Numbered from the whole stretch's first letter, positions 9,527-20,310 are shown. The stretch is DNA of 62,486 nt, filler included, from Clostridiaceae bacterium (GCA_012839865.1; 7 parts of 6 records of this genome joined end to end with filler, not necessarily neighbours in it), one strand, 5' to 3'. Numbers and translations: made by a program. Notes: generated by a model from the sequence alone, not told the origin.

Positions 9527-11830
9527 TTATACTCCGTACTCTATAATTATTTCCTGTTTATATTTTCTTAGCAACTCTATTGCAGCATCTTCATTTAGCG
9601 GTTTTCCGACCAGATATCCCTGTATTTTGTCACATCCGAATCTTGCCAAGTACTCGGCTTGCCTTTCATCCTCCACTCCTTCCGCAACAACATAATGGCC
9701 AAGCTTGTGCGCCATTGAAATAATATCACCGGTTATTGCATCCTCCGGTTTTATGAGCAATAATTTGTCAATAAAATATTTATCAATTTTCAGACAGTTG
9801 ATGTTAAGCTCCCGTTCCCTTGCCAGGGATGAGTATCCTGTACCAAAATCGTCTATGGCAATTCTTAGTCCCAAACTCTTCAGTTCCCCGAGAATCCTGT
9901 TTACCTCCTGATAATTTGAAGTAAAAATTGATTCAGTAATCTCAAGGCAAATGTTGGCAGGGTTAGCCTGCATTTTAGTTATCATCTCAAACAGGTTTTT
10001 TGTGAAATTAGCTCTTAACAACTGAATTGCTGAAATATTAATCGCTATACTTATGGTATCATATCCATTCTCTTTAAGCCGCTTTAAAAATTGAAGCGCT
10101 TTTTGTATGATTTTTTCTCCAACAGGAACCATCAGTTTTGTTTTCTCTGCTATAGGTATGAATTCCAGAGGAGATATAAGTCCTAGCTTCCTGCTGTTTA
10201 ATCTGGCTAATGCTTCAAAACCGCAAATTTGATTTTGTTTTACATCGAAAATGGGTTGAAATTGCAGAAACAAACTGTTATCATCGCTGCCTTCAGCAAT
10301 TTGAGTAAGTTCATGATTTATTTCCGCTTCACGAATTATTTTCGTTTCCAGTTCCTCATCAAAAAAACAAATATTTATATCTCTTTCAGCCATATTAACC
10401 GCTTTCTCGGAAGTAATCAGAAGGTTTTTCAAAAGCTTTCCGACATCATCCTTATTACTTTCATTTATTTCAATAACTCCGATGCCGCATCCAATTCTTT
10501 CAACGACAAGTATTGATTCCAGTGTATTTCCAATAGCCCTGCAAAAAGCCGCCAATTCTTCCTTATCCTTATAATTTTTTGCATAGAAAACAAATCGGTT
10601 CTCATATGTATTAAACAGGATGTAGTTATGGTTGCAAAGCAATTTTAAAGCATCAGCCACCCTTTTGATTAATTCCTGGGCATAATGAAACCCGTAAGTC
10701 ATGCTCAATATTTGCACCGAGCTTAGGTTTATTGAAATAATAGCCCTTTTTTCTGTTAGCTGTCCCCTTGCATCCTGTTCCAAAAGTTGTTCCAGATACC
10801 TTCGGTTATAAAGGCCTGTCCATGCATCATGTTCATTATTGTACCTTAAGTTGTCCTCAATTCTTCTACGCTCTGAAATGTCCATTATAATTCCCTCAAG
10901 AGCTTCCACTTCGCCGTCCTCGGTGAAAATCCCCTGTCCCATCTCCAAAACCCATTTTCGCTCGCCACTTGCTGTAATAATTTCATATTCATATTTAAAG
11001 GGCTGCCTTGCAGCAAGAATACGATGCCATTCTTCCCAAACAAGTTCTTTGTATTCAGGCGCGATTATATCATTATAAGATAATTTTTTATTGAACAACA
11101 GGTCCTCTGAATCATATCCGGTCAAATCATGGCAGCCTTTGGAGACAAACTGCATTGTCCGTTCCCTGTCAAAATTACACCTGTAAGCCATGCCGGGAAG
11201 GTGGGAAAGCAGGACGGACTTGCTGCGTTCACTCTCCGCCAGTTCTTTTTCCATCTCTTTTCGTTTTGAAATGTCCTGAATCAGGCAAATATAACTTGGT
11301 TTTTGCTCGCCGGGCAGGATAAGCAGAGCTCCAACCAAGTACACCCATACAATTGATCCATCCGGCTTAATAAGACGTTTCTCCAATGAGTAGCTTTTAA
11401 TTTCCCCCGATTGAAGTCTCTTATAATATGCCATATCTTCTTCCAAATCGTCGGGATGTGTGATTTTTGCCCATCCAAGCTCCAAAAGGTCTTCTTTTGT
11501 TCTGCCGGTGATTTTCTCAAACATGGGATTAATGCTAATAAAAGCATTGCTTTCAGGTGCAGCAGGTTCGAAATTATATGATAATGCTATCCCGATAGGT
11601 GCCTGCAGAATGATTGCATTTAATATGGAACTGCGCTCATTAAGCTTTTTTAACCCAACCAGGTTGGGTATATTAAAATCATATACACCCTTGTCAACAT
11701 CTTCAATTGCATCATAGGGTAAGACTTCAATGGTTTCCCCTTCACTCAAAACACAAATTTCATTCAGGGTATTTTTTATGATTGAGCGATCAGCTTCTGA
11801 AGCACCTTCTATCAGAATTTTCAAGCCCAT
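9527..11830 (-). CDS. PAS-PAS-degenerate GGDEF-EAL c-di-GMP phosphodiesterase
   Basis: Two PAS/PAC units. GGDEF position reads TYENRF. EAL motif FEALARL and DDFGTGYSSL are intact. Confidence 0.92.
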   Translation of the reverse strand: MGLKILIEGASEADRSIIKNTLNEICVLSEGETIEVLPYDAIEDVDKGVYDFNIPNLVGLKKLNERSSILNAIILQAPIGIALSYNFEPAAPESNAFISINPMFEKITGRTKEDLLELGWAKITHPDDLEEDMAYYKRLQSGEIKSYSLEKRLIKPDGSIVWVYLVGALLILPGEQKPSYICLIQDISKRKEMEKELAESERSKSVLLSHLPGMAYRCNFDRERTMQFVSKGCHDLTGYDSEDLLFNKKLSYNDIIAPEYKELVWEEWHRILAARQPFKYEYEIITASGERKWVLEMGQGIFTEDGEVEALEGIIMDISERRRIEDNLRYNNEHDAWTGLYNRRYLEQLLEQDARGQLTEKRAIISINLSSVQILSMTYGFHYAQELIKRVADALKLLCNHNYILFNTYENRFVFYAKNYKDKEELAAFCRAIGNTLESILVVERIGCGIGVIEINESNKDDVGKLLKNLLITSEKAVNMAERDINICFFDEELETKIIREAEINHELTQIAEGSDDNSLFLQFQPIFDVKQNQICGFEALARLNSRKLGLISPLEFIPIAEKTKLMVPVGEKIIQKALQFLKRLKENGYDTISIAINISAIQLLRANFTKNLFEMITKMQANPANICLEITESIFTSNYQEVNRILGELKSLGLRIAIDDFGTGYSSLARERELNINCLKIDKYFIDKLLLIKPEDAITGDIISMAHKLGHYVVAEGVEDERQAEYLARFGCDKIQGYLVGKPLNEDAAIELLRKYKQEIIIEYGV

Positions 11831-12481
11831 AAATCAACCTCCGTTTTGTCAACAGGATTCGTATTCCAACTTTTCCGGACAGTTAATCCAAGATTCCGGA
11901 AATGAAACAGTTTCACAAAATACCTGCATATTGGGTGAAGCAATTTTCGGTGTTGTTTTCAGATATGAAACGGTCTCATTATAATATCAACTTTTAAATA
12001 CCAAAACTTTAATTCAATTATACCCCGTTTTCGTCACGTTGTACCAGCTTTTTTGTAGATATCTGACAGAATAATGTCGAAATTTTTCAAATGAATAGGT
12101 TTTTTCATATGTGAGCATTTATTTTTCATCATGTTTTGGGCACAGTTGAATCCAGCTCGTTTCTCCAGCTATGATTTAATGTATATTATTTTCCTGTCCC
12201 TTTTTAAATGCACAGATTAGTCTCATATATGTAATAATAATATATTAAATTGCAATTTATGTCAATGTTTATTTTATATTGTTGGATATTGTTTATTTAT
12301 ATGCATTTGACAGGAAATTGTCAGGTTAAATGCCCTTTCGTTGTAACTTTGCATTTGTTCCCGGATTTTCATAAGATAAAATTATCAATTGTCAGGTATA
12401 ATTTTAGAATGGCCTTCATTGACAAAATTTATCAGGTGTAATATTATTTTCCTGTGCATATTTATCCATTAGGAGGCATTT

Positions 12482-13129
12482 ATGCAAAAGTTCAATTTAA
12501 AAAAATCCATTGCAATAACCTTGATTCTCCTTGTTTTTTTTCTTCAGGTCCAGCCATTGCTTGCAGAAGAAGGTCCGCAAATCAGAATCTATTTAGACCA
12601 AAAAGAGCTTACATTTGACCAGCCGCCGGTTATAGTCAATAACAGGGTTTTAGTACCTATGCGGGCAATCTTTGAAGCATTTGGTGCTGCCATACATTGG
12701 GATGACAGCACAAAAAGTGTGCTTGCCATAAAGGATAACACAGCTATTTATCTGACTATAGGTCAGGAATCTGCAACATTGAACAAAGCCACAATAAAGC
12801 TTGATGTTGCCCCTCAGATCATTAACGGGCGAACCATGGTTCCTTTGCGTTTTATAGGTGAAGCCCTGGATGCGGATGTAGAATGGAAAGGTGATGAATA
12901 CTCCGTATATATAACAAGCTCAAAAAAGGAGCAAGCAACAGGGTTTGAAATTATAGGTAATGTTATAAAAGCAGGAGGCATGACAGCCGCGCAAAAAGCT
13001 GCTGTTGACGAGCGCATAAAAAGCATCGTTGATGAAATAATCACCCCGGATATGACCGATTATGAAAAGGAATTGGCAGTTCATGATTATATTGTTTTAA
13101 ATACAAAATATGATTTTGAAAACTTGTGA
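12482..13129 (+). CDS. Secreted copper-amine-oxidase N-terminal (stalk) domain protein, probably C-terminally truncated
   Basis: Signal peptide, NNRVLVPMRAIFEA and GRTMVPLRFIGE repeats. Ends at MTDYEKELAVHDYIVLN, which resembles the start of a transglutaminase-like domain. Confidence 0.8.
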   Translation: MQKFNLKKSIAITLILLVFFLQVQPLLAEEGPQIRIYLDQKELTFDQPPVIVNNRVLVPMRAIFEAFGAAIHWDDSTKSVLAIKDNTAIYLTIGQESATLNKATIKLDVAPQIINGRTMVPLRFIGEALDADVEWKGDEYSVYITSSKKEQATGFEIIGNVIKAGGMTAAQKAAVDERIKSIVDEIITPDMTDYEKELAVHDYIVLNTKYDFENL

Positions 13130-13244
13130 TTATACATCTTGGCGCTGTGGCTTCAAAATTTCACCCGGAAAGCGTACAACGCGAATAAGGGTTTTGCTTT
13201 GATCTTTGCATTAATCTTAGAACCAACTATTACCGGCTGAAATA

Positions 13245-13391
13245 ATGAGTAGCATAAGAAAAACGGGATCATCACCAGGATTTGCATGCTTTTATAGGGA
13301 ATATAATGGAGAGTTCTTAGCTGATAAACTCACAGCAGAGGAAGCTGCAGTCAAAATTGAGCAGAAAGCTAAGATGAAAGTAGAAGAATAA
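13245..13391 (+). pseudogene. Possible C-terminal remnant of an ABC solute-binding protein
   Basis: Reads ...EFLADKLTAEEAAVKIEQKAKMKVEE*, resembling solute-binding protein C-termini. No upstream body. Confidence 0.35.
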
Positions 13392-13475
13392 ATGCCAAGC
13401 AGTTAATATTAAGTCAGTTAAGCAAAAAGCTATAGAAAAAAACTGCCGGAAGCAGTACCTTAGCTTTTTATATTG

Positions 13476-13646
13476 CTAAAGGGGACTTGCAGCCGGCAAT
13501 TTTTTCAAGTACTTATATAAGAGGCTTTCCAGCTCCCTCTTCACGTTTCGTATTGCATCCCTGTTGGCCTGTTCATTCTTTGCCAATGCGTTTAAAACAT
13601 GGTTCTTCTCAAGAATCTGAGCCTCAAGTTCTCTCATTTCACTCAT
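13476..13646 (-). CDS. Small helical protein, Spo0E-like
   Basis: 56 aa after a strong GGAGGAGG RBS. Amphipathic two-helix pattern ending RELESLLYKYLK. Confidence 0.55.
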   Translation of the reverse strand: MSEMRELEAQILEKNHVLNALAKNEQANRDAIRNVKRELESLLYKYLKKLPAASPL

Positions 13647-13985
13647 TATATCCCTCCTCCCTGAGCGTCTCAATAAACCTTTTTAAATTGTCAAATTCAT
13701 CCTTGCCAGATATTTCACTTACATTCTAATATATATATGTTAAAGGCCTGTGAATATATTATTAAATTTCCCTGAAATTTGCATTAAATTTATATTACAA
13801 ACAGCATACGAATTTTATTGAGACTTGCAAGTGGGCCATATATGTAAAACCACTGGTTAATAACCGGAGAGAGAGGGGGGAAGGGGGCAATGCCGCCCCC
13901 CGTGCAATATGTTGAACAAAACATAAATTTTTTAAAATGTCATCGAGTTTCAGTTCATCACGATTAACTGCATCTTTTATCAATA

Positions 13986-14435
13986 CTACTGGATATCAAT
14001 TCTATGAATATTTCTCTTTCCTTCATTCAGTTTCGGCAATGTAACAGTAAGAATTCCGTTATCGTATTTGGCAGTAATCGCGTCCTGCTTTACATCCCCT
14101 ACATAGAAGCTTCTGGAGCAGGAACCAAAACGCCTCTCTCTCCTTATATACCCGGCACTTTCTTCATTTATTTCTTCATTGCGTTCAACATTGATGGTAA
14201 GGGTATCATCTCTTAATTCAAGTTTAATGTCTTTTTTATCAACACCTGGGATTTCCGCATCAATGATATACTCATTGTCAGTCTCCCTCAGGTCGGCTTT
14301 AAATCTATATCCGGATGCAAAAAATGCCGGCATGAAAGAGTCATCAAAGAAGCTGTCCATCAGGCTGTCAAAGTCCCAGAAGTTTGCGGCTCTCTTAAGA
14401 TTATTATTTCTTCTGAACGGTACTATACCAAACAT
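13986..14435 (-). CDS. Hsp20/alpha-crystallin small heat-shock protein
   Basis: DLRETDNEYIIDAEIPGV...ERRFGSCSRSF...AKYDNGILTVTLPK. Confidence 0.97.
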   Translation of the reverse strand: MFGIVPFRRNNNLKRAANFWDFDSLMDSFFDDSFMPAFFASGYRFKADLRETDNEYIIDAEIPGVDKKDIKLELRDDTLTINVERNEEINEESAGYIRRERRFGSCSRSFYVGDVKQDAITAKYDNGILTVTLPKLNEGKRNIHRIDIQ

Positions 14436-14480
14436 ACTAGAACACCTCTCTTTTAAAATTTTAGTTCTTCAGTTATTGAT

Positions 14481-14563
14481 TTTGACTATCTTTGACCTTT
14501 CAATTATATTTATATCGTATAATATTATTTATTTCAAAATTTGTCCTTGACTATCTTTGACCT
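14481..14563 (-). promoter_or_regulatory. Two CtsR operators upstream of hsp20
   Basis: AGGTCAAAGATAGTCAA(A/G) on the - strand at 14481-14498 and 14547-14563 matches the CtsR tandem heptad. Confidence 0.85.
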
Positions 14564-14765
14564 TTGAGCATGAATATAACACTTTACATCGCAAATCCTG
14601 ACTATTTCGCATTATTGCTCGCTGTAGCATGAATTTTTAATACCTTCAAGAATAATCAATAAAAACACTTCAGTATGAATTTTTTAACTGTCAAAGGCTT
14701 CCATTGCACCCACAAAGCCGGGTGCAGGAAACTCCAAGCCTGAAATTGCCGGGGCAAAGCATCAA

Positions 14766-16361
14766 TCAAAGCATAAAGCTGTGAAAACTGTTTGATGACG
14801 AGTCAATACCAGCCGGTCTTTTTATTATTTTGTTTAATCCTGTAAATTTAATAATTTCCCTTATGCTGAGTATATCCAAAATTACCACCATTGCCAGGGC
14901 AAGGCCGAGCTGCGCAGTAACACAAAGCAACGAAAACAACGCTTTCTTCAAATGAAAAATACTAAGAAACTCCAAAATCATATTCCTGCAAAGTATCATG
15001 GCTACGCATACAATCCCGGGTTTTAAAATCCAATTATTCAAATCAATAATCATGCCGGTGGTCTTAATTACTGCATAAATATCCATAATGCACAGCACTA
15101 CGGCACTGACAATGCTCCCCCATACATACCCCTGTATTCCGTAAGAGGGTATCAAAAACACTACAAAGCCTATCCGTATGACATATCCTATGATTGAATT
15201 CCGGAGGGTTATGTTTTGCTTGCCAAGTCCGTTCAATGTACCTACAAGGGTCTGCTGCAGGTACATGAAGATGCAGGTATACGACAGGGCTTTCAGCAAG
15301 TCTCCAATGGCTTGATTCTTGTAGATTGTATCACCGATTAAATTTGGAAAAGAATAAAAAACTGCAGTGAATATAAACCCCATTAGCATGGTAATCTGAA
15401 TCGACCTGGATATTCTATAATTCAATTCCTTGTACCGTTTGGCGGCAATGGATTCGGATATTGCCGGAACCAGCACCGTTGCCAGTGAAGATGTCACAAT
15501 TGTCGGCAAAAACAAAAGAGGCATTGCCATACCCGTAAGCCTTCCAAGCTCCGCCATACTGGATTGATAGTCCAGACCTCCTGCAAGAAGCCTTCGCGGA
15601 ATGAGTATGGTTTCAACAGCTGACATCAGCGAAGTGGTAAACCGGCTGAAGGATATGGAAACTGAAATCGAAAGGATTTCCTTTATCAGAACCCTTTTTC
15701 TTTTGAGTCCCTTTTTGGAAACATTTTTATTTTTATCCTTCCTGTAGAATAAATACAACACTATAAGGTTCGAAATTTCGCCCAGGGTCATCCCCAATGT
15801 TGCAAAGGCACATGCATATTCCAGCCCCATATCAATAAAGCGGCCGGCAAGTACGATAACCAGGGTAATTCTTACCACCTGTTCGACCACCTGCGACAGT
15901 GCTGAGGGAGTTACTTCCTGCAATCCGTAAAAATATCCCCTCAGGGCCGAGGCGCATGCAATGATGGGAATACACGGCACATACAGCAGAATGGAATAGT
16001 ATGTTCTGGCATCCTTCAGGATAACCTCGGCAATGAATCTTATATTAAAAAACATAATTACAGAAATAAAAGAACCAAGAGATGCCACTATCAGAACGGC
16101 ACATTTTGTGAGCCTCCTTAAGTTAATCAGGTTGCCTCTGGCTTTTTCCGCGGCCACCAGCCTGGATACCGCAATGGATGTGCCCGATGACAGAGTAAGG
16201 ATTATAAGCGAGTACATGGGTGATATCAACTGTATAAGCCCCATTCCTTCTGCTCCGATCAGATTTGACAGGTAGATTCTGTACACAAATCCCAGGAGCC
16301 GGACCGTGAGGCTTGCAATCATTAAAATAATCGTACTTCCGATAAAAGACCTTCTGGCCAT
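14766..16361 (-). CDS. spoVB: Stage V sporulation protein B (MOP-family flippase)
   Basis: RLLGFVYRIYLSNLIGAEGMG N-terminus and a multi-TM profile typical of SpoVB. Confidence 0.9.
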   Translation of the reverse strand: MARRSFIGSTIILMIASLTVRLLGFVYRIYLSNLIGAEGMGLIQLISPMYSLIILTLSSGTSIAVSRLVAAEKARGNLINLRRLTKCAVLIVASLGSFISVIMFFNIRFIAEVILKDARTYYSILLYVPCIPIIACASALRGYFYGLQEVTPSALSQVVEQVVRITLVIVLAGRFIDMGLEYACAFATLGMTLGEISNLIVLYLFYRKDKNKNVSKKGLKRKRVLIKEILSISVSISFSRFTTSLMSAVETILIPRRLLAGGLDYQSSMAELGRLTGMAMPLLFLPTIVTSSLATVLVPAISESIAAKRYKELNYRISRSIQITMLMGFIFTAVFYSFPNLIGDTIYKNQAIGDLLKALSYTCIFMYLQQTLVGTLNGLGKQNITLRNSIIGYVIRIGFVVFLIPSYGIQGYVWGSIVSAVVLCIMDIYAVIKTTGMIIDLNNWILKPGIVCVAMILCRNMILEFLSIFHLKKALFSLLCVTAQLGLALAMVVILDILSIREIIKFTGLNKIIKRPAGIDSSSNSFHSFML

Positions 16362-16700
16362 GATTGTGCTCCTTTAATCTTAAAAGCTTAAAAATCCGGT
16401 TTCCATGAGTTCAATACCAGGATCCAGGTAAAAGCATGTCGGGCAAAGTGCCGTCATGCTGCCTTTTTTGAATGCATATTTCTTTTGCAGCTTGTTAATG
16501 CGTATAATATAGAATATTTTGCATGGAGCATACTTATTCATGGATTATCGAGCCCAGTAACCAAAATAGGGCTATAAACTCCGGAACCTTAAGATCCTGC
16601 CATTTACAGCCCTTCCATCATCAAAATAAAAAAAGACGGTTCTTGCGGAATGCAGCTAAAACCTGCAAACCTCAGGAACCGTCTCCCTGGTCCACTTGGT

Positions 16701-17186
16701 TTATTTCTTTTTGTCGATATAATGGGGTTGTACCTGGTACGCCTTTTGGTCGTAAGCGTTGGTGACCTTTTTGGTCTGGCTGATACTCTTTAAACTGTCG
16801 CTTATTTTCTGAAGCAATTTTCCGGCTTTGTCATTGTTGGATTCCTCAATAGCAAAAATGCTTTTTATTAATTCCATGGTTTTTGCAACTTCATCCTTTA
16901 AACGCTTAACCTCCCTAACCTCCAAGTCCTTCGCATTATTAATGTCCAGGCTCCCGAATTTTTCCTTGAATTCGGCATAAATAAAGTTAAATTCTTTATC
17001 GATAATATTTATCCTGTCAATATGAACCTGTTTTTCCTCCACCATTTTTTCAAGCTCTTCGACATTCTCCTCATCAATAGCCCTGGCTTGCTCCTGTGTC
17101 AGGCTCAATATTGTTTGCAGCAATTTCTGTTTGCTTTCAAGCAGCCCTATAAGTTCTTCAATATAATTATTCATAATCGCCTTCAT
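16701..17186 (-). CDS. Flagellar export chaperone, FlgN/FliT-like
   Basis: Helical protein directly downstream of fliS. LEKMVEEKQVHIDRINIIDKEF pattern. Confidence 0.75.
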   Translation of the reverse strand: MKAIMNNYIEELIGLLESKQKLLQTILSLTQEQARAIDEENVEELEKMVEEKQVHIDRINIIDKEFNFIYAEFKEKFGSLDINNAKDLEVREVKRLKDEVAKTMELIKSIFAIEESNNDKAGKLLQKISDSLKSISQTKKVTNAYDQKAYQVQPHYIDKKK

Positions 17187-17434
17187 CCCACCCTGCTTAA
17201 AAAAGTCAGTTTATTCACTTACCAAAAAAATAGATGCCGCCACTTAGAACGCATATCAACTTCACCGAACTTAAGGTGACAAATGATAAACTTTACTGCC
17301 GACTTTTCTGAGATTGCTAATATTCAATTGTTTCAAAACGCAAGTTGAACCTGTTTCACATGTTGTTAAAAAAAGCCCTGACTCGATACATGTAATTGAA
17401 GTTCAGCTAACATACTGTTTGATATTGAAAATAT

Positions 17435-17830
17435 TTATTTCACCAGCTCAATATGGTCTTGCCTTGCCAGTTTCATGGCCTCCGCCCATGTATCCCTGAA
17501 TGCTTTTGCATATTCCAATACTTCGTTCAAAATCCCGGTGTCTTTATGAACATTTGCCTCTATCAGTCTTCTATGCATATAATCATACACCAGATCCATG
17601 CTATTAGCTATATCATAGCTTTTATCCAGGGTATTCCGCAGCTCCGCAATTATGTCCTGGGCCCGAATAATGCTCTCATTTGCCTTTTCCAAATCATTTT
17701 TCTCAATAGCGAAAATTCCCTGCATAATGAATTTGACTATCCCGTTATACAGCATTGCCGTGAGTTCTTCCGGTCTTGATGTCATTACGGAATTGGCCTT
17801 GTATTGGTCATAAACCTTGTTTAATGCCAT
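17435..17830 (-). CDS. fliS: Flagellin chaperone FliS
   Basis: YKANSVMTSRPEELTAMLYNG...RAQDIIAELRNTLD...YDYMHRRL. Confidence 0.96.
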   Translation of the reverse strand: MALNKVYDQYKANSVMTSRPEELTAMLYNGIVKFIMQGIFAIEKNDLEKANESIIRAQDIIAELRNTLDKSYDIANSMDLVYDYMHRRLIEANVHKDTGILNEVLEYAKAFRDTWAEAMKLARQDHIELVK

Positions 17831-17979
17831 AGTTTGTACCTCCGTCTGTTATTTCTTATACCTCAGAAAAATTTATCCTGTTGAACTTGCCGCCTGATTT
17901 ACAATCTGCACAACCAGGCATATATTGCAATAATTACTACCTTACCCATGGTCATCAATGGTTTAAAAAACTCAAAGCT

Positions 17980-19914
17980 TTAATTTCCCGAATTAAACTG
18001 CATCGCAAGCCAATTGCTCTGTGAATACATCTGTCCCAACAGCTTTTCCATGGTTGCATACTTGATGTATAAACTTTCTTCCTTTCGGTAAAGGTCGATA
18101 AGCATATTGCTGATGGATTTGTCATAATCCTTTAGCTGCCAGTAGATGGAGTTGTTAAATTCAGACGCATCACCTATCAAACCGGCTTTTTCGAGAAGGA
18201 TTCCCTTCCTTCCGTTTTCGTCCCTGAAGGTTGTGATGTTGTTTTCAATTATGTCATATAACCTGTGGACAATGCCCTGCTCCTTATACCTTGCTGCCAT
18301 TTGGTCACTTGTAAGGGTACGGGAGTAGTTTGGTACAGATGAGGACTGTTTTGCAAAAATATTCATAACTCCGTCCGGGTCGGCAAGTATTGCTTCTTTC
18401 AGCCTTTTTTCATCAATTCTCAACTTACCCTTTTGAGCATAATTTTCTGTTGTGATACCTATACTGTATATCCCCAAACCAAGCCCTTCGATGCTGTCAT
18501 AAACTGCCTTTCTCATATCGTACACAATCCGGCTTAGTATGCTGTCATTGCGAAGAAGGCCCGTCTTTGCTTTCTTTTCCCACTTTTCTATTTCTTCCTC
18601 CGTCATGGCCTCCTTTTGCTCATCGGTAAGGGGCAGGTAGTCACTGTCATACTCCTCCGACAGTTTGGCATTGATTTTATCAATTACTTCATTATACTTG
18701 TTTACAAATTCCTCGATTTTTTTGTATATACCGTCAACGTCGACTTTGATTGCAAGTGTTTCCGATTGATTGTCAGGATCGTCATGAGCCTTTAAAAGGT
18801 TGTACGTAACTCCGTTTACGGTAAAGGTGTTGCTGCTTCTTTTTATTACAACTCCATCCAGTTTTACTGTGGCATCCTCGCCTTCCCGGGTCACGGTATT
18901 GACCGTACTAATTCCCGAAGCCCCGTCAAAAAAGTTGCCCCCGGTCTGGGATATGTCTATATTGTTCCCGGCACCGAGCTGCTTTGCGGTAATAATGAAT
19001 TTGTCGGTCATTTCATCATAAACAATATTGACCTTTGCTGTGGAATCACCGTTGATTGCATTCAGCATGCCGGAGAGGGTGATATTCTGGTCAAAGGTAA
19101 AGGGCTTTGAATTAATTGTAAACTGGAGCTTGCCGTTTTCATCAAAGGTAAGAGGTGTTGAAAACTTGTCCGCCAGCTCTGACAACGTCCTGGAAGTATC
19201 CAGCCTGTTTGAGTCCCCGGCGGAAAATCCAAGGGATTCAAGGCCGTTATTCGAGTATCCGTTTTGCAGGACAATCTTGTTTGCTCCTCCGCCGGTGGAA
19301 AAATTTAATTTGCCGTCAACATTGCTTACGAAAACCTTTCCTTCTCCAAATGCATCCCTTATAGCTGATTCCAGGCCACTTGCCAGTTCGTTCACAGTTG
19401 AATAGCTTCCTATGGTTATTTCCCTGGAAATACCGTCCAGCACAAGAACAAATTTTTTCCCGCTCAGCTCTGATACATCGGAACCGTTGAGTGCTTTTGC
19501 GCCTTCCAGGCCTTTAGTAATGCCGCTGGCACCTACTGCCTGGTCAGCAGTGGCAAGGTTGATTACACTGATGGTATGGGTTCCCTCTCCGGTTCCCACA
19601 CCCCCTGTTGCAGACACAATACTGCTGTTGGAGCTTGCAATGGTAAACATCTTGTAGTTTGATTGGGACAGCATGTTGCTTGCCGGCTTGAGATAATTGA
19701 AGTACTCGTCCTTAAATCCCCGTAAAAGGTTTATTATCTCCCGGTAATCATCCTGCCGCCATTCGGTAAGCTGCCTTTTTTGCTGCAATTTGTCAAGAGG
19801 CATCCTTTCCACCCTTATAAGGCTGCTTACTATTGCATCAGTGTCAAGTCCGGAAGCCATGCCGCTTAAGCGCAACTTGGAGTAATAATTGTAGTAACCA
19901 TAGACCGGCATCAT
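17980..19914 (-). CDS. fliD: Flagellar filament cap protein FliD
   Basis: LSGMASGLDTDAIV N-terminus and KFVNKYNEVI...LLRNDSIL C-terminal domain. Confidence 0.96.
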   Translation of the reverse strand: MMPVYGYYNYYSKLRLSGMASGLDTDAIVSSLIRVERMPLDKLQQKRQLTEWRQDDYREIINLLRGFKDEYFNYLKPASNMLSQSNYKMFTIASSNSSIVSATGGVGTGEGTHTISVINLATADQAVGASGITKGLEGAKALNGSDVSELSGKKFVLVLDGISREITIGSYSTVNELASGLESAIRDAFGEGKVFVSNVDGKLNFSTGGGANKIVLQNGYSNNGLESLGFSAGDSNRLDTSRTLSELADKFSTPLTFDENGKLQFTINSKPFTFDQNITLSGMLNAINGDSTAKVNIVYDEMTDKFIITAKQLGAGNNIDISQTGGNFFDGASGISTVNTVTREGEDATVKLDGVVIKRSSNTFTVNGVTYNLLKAHDDPDNQSETLAIKVDVDGIYKKIEEFVNKYNEVIDKINAKLSEEYDSDYLPLTDEQKEAMTEEEIEKWEKKAKTGLLRNDSILSRIVYDMRKAVYDSIEGLGLGIYSIGITTENYAQKGKLRIDEKRLKEAILADPDGVMNIFAKQSSSVPNYSRTLTSDQMAARYKEQGIVHRLYDIIENNITTFRDENGRKGILLEKAGLIGDASEFNNSIYWQLKDYDKSISNMLIDLYRKEESLYIKYATMEKLLGQMYSQSNWLAMQFNSGN

Positions 19915-19915
19915 T

Positions 19916-20278
19916 TCACCTTCTCTCGTCTATGAGAATCCCTGCAATCTCCCACATCTTGGCGACAATATCAAGAATTCTCTCAGGAGGGATCTCCCTG
20001 ACTATTTCCTTGGTTTCAGTATCAATGATTTTCACCATTATGTTCCCGGTCTTCTCATGGATTGATATTTTGCATTCTCTATTATAGGCCGCAACAGCTT
20101 TGTTAAACTTCTCAACAGCTTCTTCAAGAAGTTCTTTATCTATTGGTTTCTTATCAATTTGGACTTCATTTTGAGGTCTTATTGTTTTTTCATTTTCGAG
20201 AGTTGACATCTTTACAGCCATATTCGCTGTCTCAGTTTTAATGTTGCTTCTCAAAGCATCCGTGCTTACAATACGCAT
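19916..20278 (-). CDS. flaG: Flagellar protein FlaG
   Basis: SIHEKTGNIMVKIIDTETKEIVREIPPERILD. ATG 20278 follows a GGAGG RBS. Confidence 0.93.
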   Translation of the reverse strand: MRIVSTDALRSNIKTETANMAVKMSTLENEKTIRPQNEVQIDKKPIDKELLEEAVEKFNKAVAAYNRECKISIHEKTGNIMVKIIDTETKEIVREIPPERILDIVAKMWEIAGILIDERR

Positions 20279-20310
20279 AAATTTCCCTCCGTGAATATTT
20301 CTCATTTAAT

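Noticed and set aside
11830..12480. c-di-GMP riboswitch upstream of the c-di-GMP genes or near the flagellar genes
   Set aside because: No GEMM-type GGCAAA...GAAA...GACGCAAAGC pattern was found by eye on either strand.
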